Shown here: positions 38,387-46,955 of the stretch, piece by piece | Layout of the letters: the number at the start of each line of letters is the position of its first letter | How positions within the stretch are numbered: the stretch's first letter is position 1 | Translations under genes and position numbers: made by a program | The notes under the pieces: generated by a model | Seen by the model: only the letters and a program-made list of their open reading frames with translations | Told to the model about the DNA's origin: nothing | Databases searched by the model: none | Assembly (NCBI GenBank): GCA_023246355.1 | Contig: JAHFIQ010000002.1 | Coordinates: 118,229 to 182,228, forward strand | Length of the DNA: 64,000 nt | Reading direction: 5' to 3' | Origin: Candidatus Uhrbacteria bacterium | Lineage (GTDB): Bacteria; Patescibacteriota; Patescibacteriia; UBA9934; GWF2-40-263

Positions 38387-39473
38387 AAGCGCGGGAGTAA
38401 AAATTTCCGCCGTGATGTCGCACCGCGCCTTTGATCTCAAGCATCGTGAGTGTGCTGCCAGCCTTGTGGGGTGGAAGCTGTGTGGCGCGGATGAGTTCAT
38501 CGATGTGGATCGGGGAGGTAGTCAGCCGATTCCATAGAGCGGTCTCTTCTTCACCACGCGGCTGGTAGGAATGTTCCACAGGGGCTGGAACGTCTTCCAG
38601 TCCAAACAGATCTTGTGCACAGGTCACCGGCGTTGCCCCAAGTTTGATGAGATTGTGAGGACCTTGTGATGTTTCAGAGTGAATGGAACCAGGCACTGCA
38701 TACACGTCCCGACCGCTCTCCAAGGCACAGCGTGCTGTGATAAGTGAACCTGATTTGAGTGCGGCTTCCACAACGAGCGTGCCGTTTGCGATGCCGGCGA
38801 TGATGCGGTTGCGGAACGGAAAATGTTGCTTGAGCGGATTTGTCCCAAGAGGAAATTCAGAGATGAGCGCGCCCCCTGATGCCAATATGCGGGATGCCAA
38901 TGCCCGGTTTTGCGAGGGGTAGATACTTTTGTCATCAACCCCTGAGCCCAAGACCGCGATGGTTGTTCCGTCCGTACTCAGGGTCGTATCATGGGCGATC
39001 GCATCGATTCCGTAAGCAAGTCCACTCACAATCACGACGCCGGCTTTCGACAGGGCGGTCACCATCTCTTGTGTCACCTGGATTCCGTACGCACTGGCTT
39101 TGCGAGAACCCACGACCGCGATGTGACGTTTTCCAGGATCTGGAAGTCTACCTCGCAAAAACAGCACGGCCGGGGCATCATAAATTTCTTTTAGGAGGGG
39201 TGGATAGATGTCATCCATGAGCGTCACCGCCTGCACGCCATGGATTTCAAGTTCACGCATGAGCGCTTCAGGATCGATGTGAATGCGTTCTTGCAAAAAC
39301 CGGCTGGCAATCTGTGGTTCGATACCAGCCTCCACCAGTTCTCCGGCTGAGGAGGTAAACGCGCGCTTCCCAGATCCAAAATGGCGCATGAGACGACTCA
39401 TGCGCACCGCGCCAAAGGAACGAAATTGGACGAGCGCCACCCAGTACGCTTTTTCTTCCGTAGACAAGTTCAC
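38385..39473 (-). CDS. dprA: DNA-processing protein DprA
   Basis: AVVGSR, VSGLAYGIDA.AH and FPFRNRIIAG. Confidence 0.96.
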   Translation of the reverse strand: MNLSTEEKAYWVALVQFRSFGAVRMSRLMRHFGSGKRAFTSSAGELVEAGIEPQIASRFLQERIHIDPEALMRELEIHGVQAVTLMDDIYPPLLKEIYDAPAVLFLRGRLPDPGKRHIAVVGSRKASAYGIQVTQEMVTALSKAGVVIVSGLAYGIDAIAHDTTLSTDGTTIAVLGSGVDDKSIYPSQNRALASRILASGGALISEFPLGTNPLKQHFPFRNRIIAGIANGTLVVEAALKSGSLITARCALESGRDVYAVPGSIHSETSQGPHNLIKLGATPVTCAQDLFGLEDVPAPVEHSYQPRGEEETALWNRLTTSPIHIDELIRATQLPPHKAGSTLTMLEIKGAVRHHGGNFYSRA

Positions 39474-40000
39474 AGAAAGGATTCGATTTTTTTGATGGCT
39501 TGTTCGATGATCGATGGAAGTTCAACGGTTTCTTTTTCGCTCCAGGCTTGCAGCACAAACGCATCCAGTGGCACGTCTTTATGTTCAGGTCGGCCAATGC
39601 CAATGCGCAGTCGAGCGATGGCCGTGTCTTTTGGAAACTGACTCAAGATTGATTCCATCCCGCGATGCCCAGCAGAGGAACCACTGGTCTTGAAGCGGAG
39701 ATCGCCAAACGCAAGATCCGCGTCGTCGTAGACCACGAAAAGCTCATCAGGTTTCACTGGATACTTTGCAAGAATTCCAGCCACGCTTTTACCGCTCACA
39801 TTCATAAAGGTCTGCGGTTTCACGAGCAGGATGCGTTTATCTTCCATCACGGCTTCAGCCACCTCAGCTTGAATGGCGCGCTTGGGTGCAAAGGCGGCAT
39901 CGAGTTTTTTTGTCAGGGCATCCACAACCAAGAACCCGACGTTGTGGCGTGTCTTCTCATATTCTTTTCCAGGGTTCCCAAGTCCGATAATGGCCTTCAT
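39470..40000 (-). CDS. pth: peptidyl-tRNA hydrolase
   Basis: GLGNPG..Y..TRHNVGF, KPQTFMN.SG and RLRIGIGRP. Confidence 0.97.
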   Translation of the reverse strand: MKAIIGLGNPGKEYEKTRHNVGFLVVDALTKKLDAAFAPKRAIQAEVAEAVMEDKRILLVKPQTFMNVSGKSVAGILAKYPVKPDELFVVYDDADLAFGDLRFKTSGSSAGHRGMESILSQFPKDTAIARLRIGIGRPEHKDVPLDAFVLQAWSEKETVELPSIIEQAIKKIESFL

Positions 40001-40002
40001 AG

Positions 40003-41367
40003 TTAGTCCGACACGGCACTCGCCAAACGAATGTCGATGGCAAGAGGCGTCCCTTCGAGTTTGAAATGTTCACGCAGTCGATTTTCCAAATAGCGAATGT
40101 AACTTTGGTTAAGCGTGTCCGTGCGCTTGGCTTTGATGATGAGATCAAACGTTGGTGGAGCATGGCGGACTTGCTTCATCCCAAGCACCTTGGGCGCCCA
40201 CGGACCATGGCCAACCACGGGAGCAAATTGATGCACAGCGATCTCTAAAAATTTTTTGAGCTTTTCTTGATCGATGTCGATGCTTCTATTTTTATTCACC
40301 GCGTCGATCGCGTCAAACAAGTTCTGCACGCGTTGCGTGGAAAGGGCACTCACAAAATGCACCGGCGCCCAGGCCAAGAACGGAAGGGAGGCGGCGATGT
40401 ATTCGCGGTATTGATTCATCGTGCCTGTTTCTTTGTCGTGGATGAGATCCCACTTGTTCACGACGATGAGCACGGCTGAACCTGAGTGCTTCAAAAATCC
40501 AGCTAGGACTTTTTCTTGCGTGCCGATTTTTTGTGTGGCATCCAGCACCAGCAGTGTCACATCAGCCAACTTTACCACGAGTTCATTGCGCTTCACCGCT
40601 TCGTGTTCGAGTCCTCCGGCTTTTCTCACCTTGGCATGTTTACGCATGCCGGCCGTGTCAATGAAAATGTATTTTTTTTCTCCGCGCTGAAACAAGGTGT
40701 CGTTTGGTTCACGCGTGGTGTGTTCGATGGGACTGGTAATAAATCGTTCCTCACCGATGAGCGCATTCAACAGTGTTGACTTGCCGACGTTTGGTTTTCC
40801 GATCACGGCAACTTTTGTGCCTTCCATTTTAAGAGGATCAACCGGCGGTCGACCGATGTCTTCCAGTTTTTCGTAGATCGCGTCCAGCAGATCGCCAACG
40901 CCGGTTCCTCGCGTAGCCGAGATGGGCAGCGGTTCAGGCAGTCCTGGAAAACGCCACATGGAATCGGAAACGCTCATACGCTCACTGGCTTTTTCTGCTT
41001 TGTTTCCAACGACGATGACCGGCTTGCCGGACTTGCGAAATCGGTCCGCGAGGGCGCGTTCTTCTGGAATGGTTCCTGCTTTCATGTCCAAGACGAACAA
41101 AAGCAAATCAGCCGTCTTCATCGCGATGTCGGCTTGCTTCACGATATTGCGTTCGATTTCGTCTTTCTGATTGACATCCAGTCCTCCGGTGTCGACCAAG
41201 CGTATGACGGTCCCGCGCCACAGACAATCTCCCTCGTTTCGGTCTCGGGTGGTTCCCGCGGTCGGAGAAACAAGCGCCTTCTGGGTTTCAAGAAGGCGAT
41301 TGAAAAGCGTTGATTTTCCGACATTTGTCCGGCCGACCAATGCGACGATGGGGAGAGAAGTAGACAT
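40003..41367 (-). CDS. der: ribosome biogenesis GTPase Der (EngA)
   Basis: Two GTPase domains: GRTNVGKS/DTGG and GKPNVGKS/DTAG/NKWD. Confidence 0.96.
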   Translation of the reverse strand: MSTSLPIVALVGRTNVGKSTLFNRLLETQKALVSPTAGTTRDRNEGDCLWRGTVIRLVDTGGLDVNQKDEIERNIVKQADIAMKTADLLLFVLDMKAGTIPEERALADRFRKSGKPVIVVGNKAEKASERMSVSDSMWRFPGLPEPLPISATRGTGVGDLLDAIYEKLEDIGRPPVDPLKMEGTKVAVIGKPNVGKSTLLNALIGEERFITSPIEHTTREPNDTLFQRGEKKYIFIDTAGMRKHAKVRKAGGLEHEAVKRNELVVKLADVTLLVLDATQKIGTQEKVLAGFLKHSGSAVLIVVNKWDLIHDKETGTMNQYREYIAASLPFLAWAPVHFVSALSTQRVQNLFDAIDAVNKNRSIDIDQEKLKKFLEIAVHQFAPVVGHGPWAPKVLGMKQVRHAPPTFDLIIKAKRTDTLNQSYIRYLENRLREHFKLEGTPLAIDIRLASAVSD

Positions 41368-41472
41368 GCGAGAGTATTGTAAGGGTAATGGCTCGGATTG
41401 ACAAAACAGGCTTTTTCACTGATACTCATCCTCTTGGTGAAAGCCAAGAAGTTCTTCACAACGGAGGTTCCC

Positions 41473-43566
41473 TTGAAGGCACTTCGTCCCTATCAGCAGG
41501 AAGCCTTCGACCTGGTTTGGAACCGGATTGAGGGCAAGAAAGAAACGCGAGCACTGGTTGTCCTGGCCACAGGCCTTGGCAAGACAGTTCTGGCTGCTGC
41601 ACTCGCGCGTCGTTGGTTTTCTGAGCGGACCGACCGCCTACTTTTCCTGGTCCATACGGTCGACATCGTACGTCAGGCTCGAAAGGAGTTCCGTGAGGTT
41701 CTCCACGAGCTCACGACGATTGGCATCCTGACAGGATCGGAAGCGGAAAATCTCGACGCACAGGTACTGTTCTCCACATTTCAGTCGATGCAGAATCGGC
41801 TGAAGACAGTGAAGCCAGATACGTTCGGATTCGTCATCGTCGACGAAGCCCATCATGGCCAAGCTGTCACGTACAAGGAGGTCATCGAGCACTTCACGCC
41901 CGAGTTTCTTCTAGGTATGACAGCCACGCCAGACCGCCACGATGGCGAGGATATCCGCGACATCTTCGGGCCCGAGCTCTGCGCCTTTCCCCTCCAGTGG
42001 GGCATCGTGGAAGGCTGGCTGTCACCTGTCGAGTATCGAGTGCTTGCGGACAATATCTCCATCATGCGCTTGAGGGAGCTCATTCGGCAGGCTCACGAGG
42101 GAGTGCGCGTCAGCCGCAAGTCGATTGACTCGACGATTTTCCTCCCGGAACGGACGGAGGTGATTGTCGATATTGTGCGAAACGCACAAGGCGGAGAGAA
42201 GCGCACCATCCTGTTCTGTCGTTCGATCGAGCATCTCAATCACGTCTTGGAGTTTTTTCCGGAGGCGCTCGCGTATCACTCGAAGATTCCGGAGACAGAA
42301 CTTCGGCGTCGGTACGACGATTTTCGGGAAGGACGTATCCAGACGCTCGCGACCATCGACATGTTCAACGAGGGGATCGACATCCCCGACGCGGAACTTC
42401 TTGTGTTCCTGAGAGCGACCGATTCCAGGCTGCTGTGGCTCCAGCAGTTGGGTCGAGGGCTCCATGGTACGAAGAAGGTTCTCGTTCTGGACTTTGTCGC
42501 CAACTGTGACCGAGTGAAGGCGGTTCAGGAGCTTGGTCTCACACCGACGATCCACACAGGTTCCTTGCCGGAATCGGTGACGATCGATGATCTCAACCTT
42601 CAGGTAACATTCACTGAAGAATTGAGAGACTTGTTGGGCCTGCTGGATTTCCTCGACATGGGGTTCTACGAGACCTACGAGGAAGCCCGCGCGGCGGTGG
42701 CGAAACTCAATCCGCCGTGGGATGGTCGTCTGATAGCGTGGTTCAAGAAGAACGCCCGTCGTGACCCGCGCATTCCCAGGACTCCCTGGAGTGTTTACGA
42801 GGGTAATGGGTGGGTGAGCATCAGGCACTTCTGCGATAGAGATTATTATCAAACTATCGGAGAGGCTATGTTGGCCGTTCAGGTACTCAACCCGCCGTGG
42901 GAGGGCAAACTTGACGAATGGTATCGCAGAGTCTACAAACTAGATCAACGTCTTCCTTCGGCTCCGTGGGAATACTATAGAGATAAAGGTTGGGTGAGCA
43001 TCAGGCACTTCTGTGGACGCGAGTTCTACACTCATGAGGAGGCTCGGAAGGCCATTGTCTGTCTTAACCCCCCGTGGGGAGAAGCTCTCAGTGCCTGGTA
43101 TAAGACGAACCGTCATCGCGACCCTCGACTGCCATCAACCCCTTCTCTGTACTATAGAGACAAAGGTTGGGTGAGCATCAGGCACTTCTGTGGACGCGAG
43201 TTCTACACTCATGAGGAGGCTCGGAAGGCCATTGTCTGTCTTAACCCCCCGTGGGGAGAAGATCTCAGCGCCTGGTATAAGACGAACCGTCATCGCGATT
43301 CTCAACTTCCTGGTAATCCATGGACAATTTACAAGAATAAAGGCTGGGTGAGCATCAGGCACTTCTGCGGTAGGGAGTTCTACCCGACTCTCAAAGAAGC
43401 GATGGTGGCCGTTCAGGCTCTCAATCCACCGCCGGATGGCAACATCTTAAGGTGGTATCTGAAAATCTATAAGAAAGATCCTCGTCTTCCCGCGTGTCCC
43501 TGGGAATACTACGCCGACAAAGGCTGGATCAGCTGGCCGCACTTCTGCGGACGCGAGAAGACCTAG
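41473..43566 (+). CDS. SF2 (ResIII-like) helicase with five C-terminal ~59-aa repeats resembling the phage-integrase repeat unit
   Basis: LRPYQ, ATGLGKT, DEAHH, TATP, EGIDIP and QQLGRGL; repeats Y.T..EA...DPRLP..P...Y...GW; GGAGG then TTG at 41473. Confidence 0.88.
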   Translation: MKALRPYQQEAFDLVWNRIEGKKETRALVVLATGLGKTVLAAALARRWFSERTDRLLFLVHTVDIVRQARKEFREVLHELTTIGILTGSEAENLDAQVLFSTFQSMQNRLKTVKPDTFGFVIVDEAHHGQAVTYKEVIEHFTPEFLLGMTATPDRHDGEDIRDIFGPELCAFPLQWGIVEGWLSPVEYRVLADNISIMRLRELIRQAHEGVRVSRKSIDSTIFLPERTEVIVDIVRNAQGGEKRTILFCRSIEHLNHVLEFFPEALAYHSKIPETELRRRYDDFREGRIQTLATIDMFNEGIDIPDAELLVFLRATDSRLLWLQQLGRGLHGTKKVLVLDFVANCDRVKAVQELGLTPTIHTGSLPESVTIDDLNLQVTFTEELRDLLGLLDFLDMGFYETYEEARAAVAKLNPPWDGRLIAWFKKNARRDPRIPRTPWSVYEGNGWVSIRHFCDRDYYQTIGEAMLAVQVLNPPWEGKLDEWYRRVYKLDQRLPSAPWEYYRDKGWVSIRHFCGREFYTHEEARKAIVCLNPPWGEALSAWYKTNRHRDPRLPSTPSLYYRDKGWVSIRHFCGREFYTHEEARKAIVCLNPPWGEDLSAWYKTNRHRDSQLPGNPWTIYKNKGWVSIRHFCGREFYPTLKEAMVAVQALNPPPDGNILRWYLKIYKKDPRLPACPWEYYADKGWISWPHFCGREKT
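42973..43298 (+). repeat. near-identical coding tandem duplication, 177-bp period
   Basis: 42973-43121 versus 43150-43298: 149 bp with 3 mismatches. Confidence 0.9.
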
Positions 43567-43597
43567 CCCGACAGCAACTCGACGCAAACGCGTCACG

Positions 43598-43651
43598 ACC
43601 GGTTCTACAACGAACCGGTTTTAAATTGGATATCACAGATTGTGATATCCA
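43598..43651. terminator. two hairpins between the convergent helicase and HNH genes
   Basis: ACCGGTTC..GAACCGGT plus TTT; TGGATATCACA-GAT-TGTGATATCCA. Confidence 0.55.
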
Positions 43652-43665
43652 TAACGAAAAACACC

Positions 43666-44001
43666 TCACAAGGAGGTGTCGGTGTCGGGAAGCGTTGCTC
43701 CTTTTGCCTGGTTGCATTGTGAACAGGCGAGTTGGAGATTGTCGAAGGTGTCCCGGCCGCCCTTCGAGAGGGGGATGATGTGGTCTCGTGTTGCCTGGCG
43801 TGGGTCATCGTGGACCAGGTTCACTTGCTCCCCGCACAGCACGCACTTGCCGCCATACTTCCGGATGAGTTGCTTGATCTCCCACTTGTGTCGGTTGGCG
43901 TGCTCCTTTCCCAAAACGGGGTCGCCAGTAACTTCTCGTTGCGCTTGAGCGTGACGATCTTTCTTCGTATGGATTTTCCGCATGGGAGAATGACTGTGCA
44001 T
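43666..44001 (-). CDS. HNH endonuclease (McrA-like)
   Basis: C..CG...DHIIPLSKGG.D...NLQLAC..CN..KG; TTGACA-17-TACTCT promoter at 44052-44024. Confidence 0.9.
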   Translation of the reverse strand: MHSHSPMRKIHTKKDRHAQAQREVTGDPVLGKEHANRHKWEIKQLIRKYGGKCVLCGEQVNLVHDDPRQATRDHIIPLSKGGRDTFDNLQLACSQCNQAKGATLPDTDTSL

Positions 44002-44089
44002 GAACCCTCTCAGGAGCAGTTCGAGAGTACAAAAAAAATGGCCATTTGTCAATGGTTTCATCTTGAGGTCTCAATTTATGAGTTCCAAT

Positions 44090-45796
44090 TTAGTTCCTCG
44101 CGAGTGAACTCGCGCTTTCACCCAAAATCACCAAAAAGTCTACATCGTCTTCTGTGGCGAGGGTTTCGTAGTCGTCGCTGGTGAGCGCGATTTCTTGGGG
44201 AACGACCTCTCCACTGTACAACCAGCCAGTGGCTGAGAGTGTGACATCAGCCTGCAGGAAGTCACTGAGGGCTTTTAATTCTGTCGCGTGTTGACCATCG
44301 GAGAGATCGTAGATGACCGTATGGGCAAAACCGCGCGTCGCCGCATTGCCAACCTTGGCCACGTCAAAGCCTTGGCCATCCAAGAGTTGAGAGGCGCGGA
44401 ACGCCAGACCTGTGATGTTGGTTCCGTTTTGAATTTCCACGCGAACGAATTTTGGTTTTTCCTCTGGGGCCGCGGCAAAGGTGTCACTCAGTTCATCATC
44501 AGGTGTGAAAATGTTATCCGCGATTCTCTGCAGCGGCGACCAGTCGTCGTTTTTAGGGAGCAGCAAGTACGCGCCGTTTAAGACCGTTGCGTACAGCGGG
44601 GAGGAATCAGAGGCGTCGATGACGTGGTGCGTGATACTTTCTGTGTCCAAGTCCTTGACCTGTTTGGCCAGGCGGACGATTTCCCAAGCGTCTAAGTTGG
44701 TGGCGATGTTATTTTTGAGGGTCGTCATCATTTTAGAAATACGGCTGGGGTTCAGAAACGTCGAAGCAGAAAGCACCGTGTCCTTCACAGCCAGGATGAC
44801 TTTTTGCTGACGCTTGGACCTGGCAAAGTCAGAACCCTCGCCGTTGTTGCCATGTCGTGAACGCACAAACTTGAGCGCGGTCTCCCCATCCATGTGTGTC
44901 CAACCTTCTGAGAACGTGATGGATTCAAATCGGCAGGAATAATCTGGGACGACTTCGACGGTGTTCATTTCGATGTCTGAAGAAGCTTCTGTTTCCGGAG
45001 TAACCTCTGGGTCTATTTCAAGAATCTGTGCAAGTTCACTCGGCTCTTCCGACACCTCTTCCACCTCTTCCACCTGTTCCACCTCATCTACCTCCTCAAA
45101 CCCGCACTCATCATATTCTCGTCCAAGCGTTGGGTAATCAGGATCTGTGAAGCTATTGTCCACGTAAATATCCACGCCGCCGATCGCGTCCACAAATTCG
45201 GCAAAGCCATCAAAGTCCACACGCAAGTAGTACTGGATGTCCTCATCGAGCACATCACCAATCACTTGGGAGGCGAGCGCTGGTCCGGAGCCTGGTTCAT
45301 CCATTTCGCCGTACGCATTTGCGTGGTTCACCTTGCTGTACCCGTAGCCGGGAATCGGAACACTCATGTCGCGAGGAAGGGACATCATGCCAATGGCACC
45401 GGTGGAGGGCTGGTAGCTGGCAAAAATAATCGTGTCTGAGAGTTGTGGACCATCATGGCCTTCTCCGCCGATGCCCATTAAAAGAACATTCACCCGGTCT
45501 TCATCTTCACCCTTGAGCTCACGACCTTGTGCGGTGACAAAATGTTTGATCGTGGAGACAAGAGAAAAATCCGGGAACGCGGTTGACTCGGTGGTGGAAC
45601 TGACTTGATACGAAAAAATCGCGCCTGCGGTTGCGGCGATGACGACGATGAGCGTCAAGTGGCGGCCAAAACCCCGGCCTGTAGGCTGAGTCGACCTCTG
45701 AGATCTCTGTGGGGCTTGATCGTCCGTGGACGAGGCGCGAGCTCGTCTGGCACGCAGCGTTTTTTGATGCAGGAGATCAATCTTCGGTCGTTCCAT
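44090..45796 (-). CDS. LCP (LytR-CpsA-Psr) family protein with LytR_C domain
   Basis: N-terminal TM, SDTII, SLPRD, FVRSRH, SDFARSKRQQ and VEIQNGT..GLA; likely ATG at 45796. Confidence 0.93.
   Translation of the reverse strand: MERPKIDLLHQKTLRARRARASSTDDQAPQRSQRSTQPTGRGFGRHLTLIVVIAATAGAIFSYQVSSTTESTAFPDFSLVSTIKHFVTAQGRELKGEDEDRVNVLLMGIGGEGHDGPQLSDTIIFASYQPSTGAIGMMSLPRDMSVPIPGYGYSKVNHANAYGEMDEPGSGPALASQVIGDVLDEDIQYYLRVDFDGFAEFVDAIGGVDIYVDNSFTDPDYPTLGREYDECGFEEVDEVEQVEEVEEVSEEPSELAQILEIDPEVTPETEASSDIEMNTVEVVPDYSCRFESITFSEGWTHMDGETALKFVRSRHGNNGEGSDFARSKRQQKVILAVKDTVLSASTFLNPSRISKMMTTLKNNIATNLDAWEIVRLAKQVKDLDTESITHHVIDASDSSPLYATVLNGAYLLLPKNDDWSPLQRIADNIFTPDDELSDTFAAAPEEKPKFVRVEIQNGTNITGLAFRASQLLDGQGFDVAKVGNAATRGFAHTVIYDLSDGQHATELKALSDFLQADVTLSATGWLYSGEVVPQEIALTSDDYETLATEDDVDFLVILGESASSLARN
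45052..45097 (-). repeat. 9-bp minisatellite, copy D, within the LCP gene
   Basis: GAGGTAGAT GAGGTGGAA CAGGTGGAA GAGGTGGAA GAGGTG. Confidence 0.8.
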
Positions 45797-45878
45797 AATG
45801 GTTAACGGTATTGTAGCGGGAGTGAGCAGAATCTTCAACCGAAAGAAAAACACCCAGAGAAGTCTCTGAGTGATTTTC

Positions 45879-45955
45879 TGGTGGGCGTGAGAGGGCTCGA
45901 ACCTCTGACCTCTGTCGTGTGAGGACAGCGCTCTGACCAACTGAGCTACACACCC
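45879..45955 (-). tRNA. tRNA-Val (CAC)
   Basis: GGGTGTGTAGCTCAGTTGGTCAGAGCG-CTGTC-CTCACAC-GACAG..GGTTCGAGCC..CACGCCCACCA. Confidence 0.95.
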
Positions 45956-45958
45956 TTG

Positions 45959-46088
45959 TGGAACTGTTCCCCAATGAGCGATCTTGGCTTTCACGGGGCC
46001 CCGCCACCACCTCAACGTAGTTTTCACTACGTCTCGGCGGCTGGCTTCCCCGTTCAAGCCAATCTCATCTCATTGGGAAACAGTTCCA
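45959..46088 (-). ncRNA. putative 130-nt rod-shaped RNA ending 3 nt before tRNA-Val
   Basis: Five nested stems. A G-U wobble and a tandem GA/GA loop favour the minus strand. TTGCAG-17-TATCCT promoter at 46144-46116. Confidence 0.55.
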
Positions 46089-46153
46089 TTCTTTGCATCC
46101 TTATTAACGATGGGCAGGATACTCTAATCGTCTTTGAGCTGCAAGCGTTCTGG

Positions 46154-46208
46154 TTGACAAAAAGGCGAGTTAGGCATTCAATACCCATCCGTTCCTTACA
46201 AACGGGAG
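46154..46208 (+). promoter_or_regulatory. promoter, 17-nt leader motif and RBS of the RNase III operon
   Basis: TTGACA-17-TTCAAT, then CCATCCGTTCCTTACAA (also at 49289-49305), then GGGAG. Confidence 0.6.
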
Positions 46209-46211
46209 TCG

Positions 46212-46955
46212 ATGATGCTGACACCCAATCAGCTTGAGCGCGTAGCACAACTTGAAGAAAAACTTGGGGTAGAGTTTCGCAACAGACTGCTGCTCCACAT
46301 GGCGATCACGCATCGCTCGTACTTGAACGAACATCGTGAGGCCTTTTGGGACCACAACGAACGTTTGGAGTTTCTTGGAGACGCCATCATCGAGATGTGC
46401 GTGACTGAGTTTCTCTTTGATCATTACCCTGAAAGCTCGGAAGGAGAGTTGACTGAACGTCGCGCGGCACTCGTCAGCAGTTCAGCTCTGGCCCAAGTGG
46501 GTGGGATGCTGGGGCTCCCGGACATCCTCTATCTCTCCAACGGAGAAGCTCGGCTCGGACTGGAGGATCCAAAAACACGCAAGTACATGACCGCCTGTGG
46601 AGTTGAGGCGATCGTGGGTGCGGTCCACAAAGACCAGGGCATTGGCATGAATCGGATGGTCGTGGACCTGCTCATTCTCAGCCGGGCGGAGGAACTGTTT
46701 GCGCTGTACGCGGATCCCAAGTCCAAACTTCAGGAGCTTGTCCAACGACAACATGGTGTGACGCCTGAGTATCGGGTTCTCTCCGAGTCTGGGCCAGATC
46801 ACAACAGGCGTTTCAGGGTCGCAGTCTTTATGAACATCGTCCAATTGGGAATGGGCGAAGGCGACTCTGTAAAAGAAGCTCAAGTCGCTGCTGCCGACTT
46901 CGCATTGGCTCACCTTCCACAAGATGGGGTTTCGCATGCTCGCCACCAACAATAA
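46212..46955 (+). CDS. rnc: ribonuclease III, divergent
   Basis: HRSY, NERLEFLGDA and dsRBD DPKSKLQE..GPDH...F. Confidence 0.92.
   Translation: MMLTPNQLERVAQLEEKLGVEFRNRLLLHMAITHRSYLNEHREAFWDHNERLEFLGDAIIEMCVTEFLFDHYPESSEGELTERRAALVSSSALAQVGGMLGLPDILYLSNGEARLGLEDPKTRKYMTACGVEAIVGAVHKDQGIGMNRMVVDLLILSRAEELFALYADPKSKLQELVQRQHGVTPEYRVLSESGPDHNRRFRVAVFMNIVQLGMGEGDSVKEAQVAAADFALAHLPQDGVSHARHQQ

Noticed and set aside
42811-43367. 23-nt sequence TGGGTGAGCATCAGGCACTTCTG repeated four times, superficially CRISPR-like
   Set aside because: The period is 177-180 bp, it is in-frame within a protein repeat, the intervening sequences are homologous, and no cas genes are present.
45797-46057. N-terminal 87 aa of the LCP ORF as given in the track
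   Set aside because: It overlaps tRNA-Val and the rod hairpin; the real start is more plausibly ATG at 45796.
45959-46088. Identification of the rod RNA as SRP RNA, 6S RNA or an extra tRNA (CCGCCACCA on the + strand)
   Set aside because: There is no SRP helix-8 motif, no large central bubble, and no T-loop or cloverleaf.
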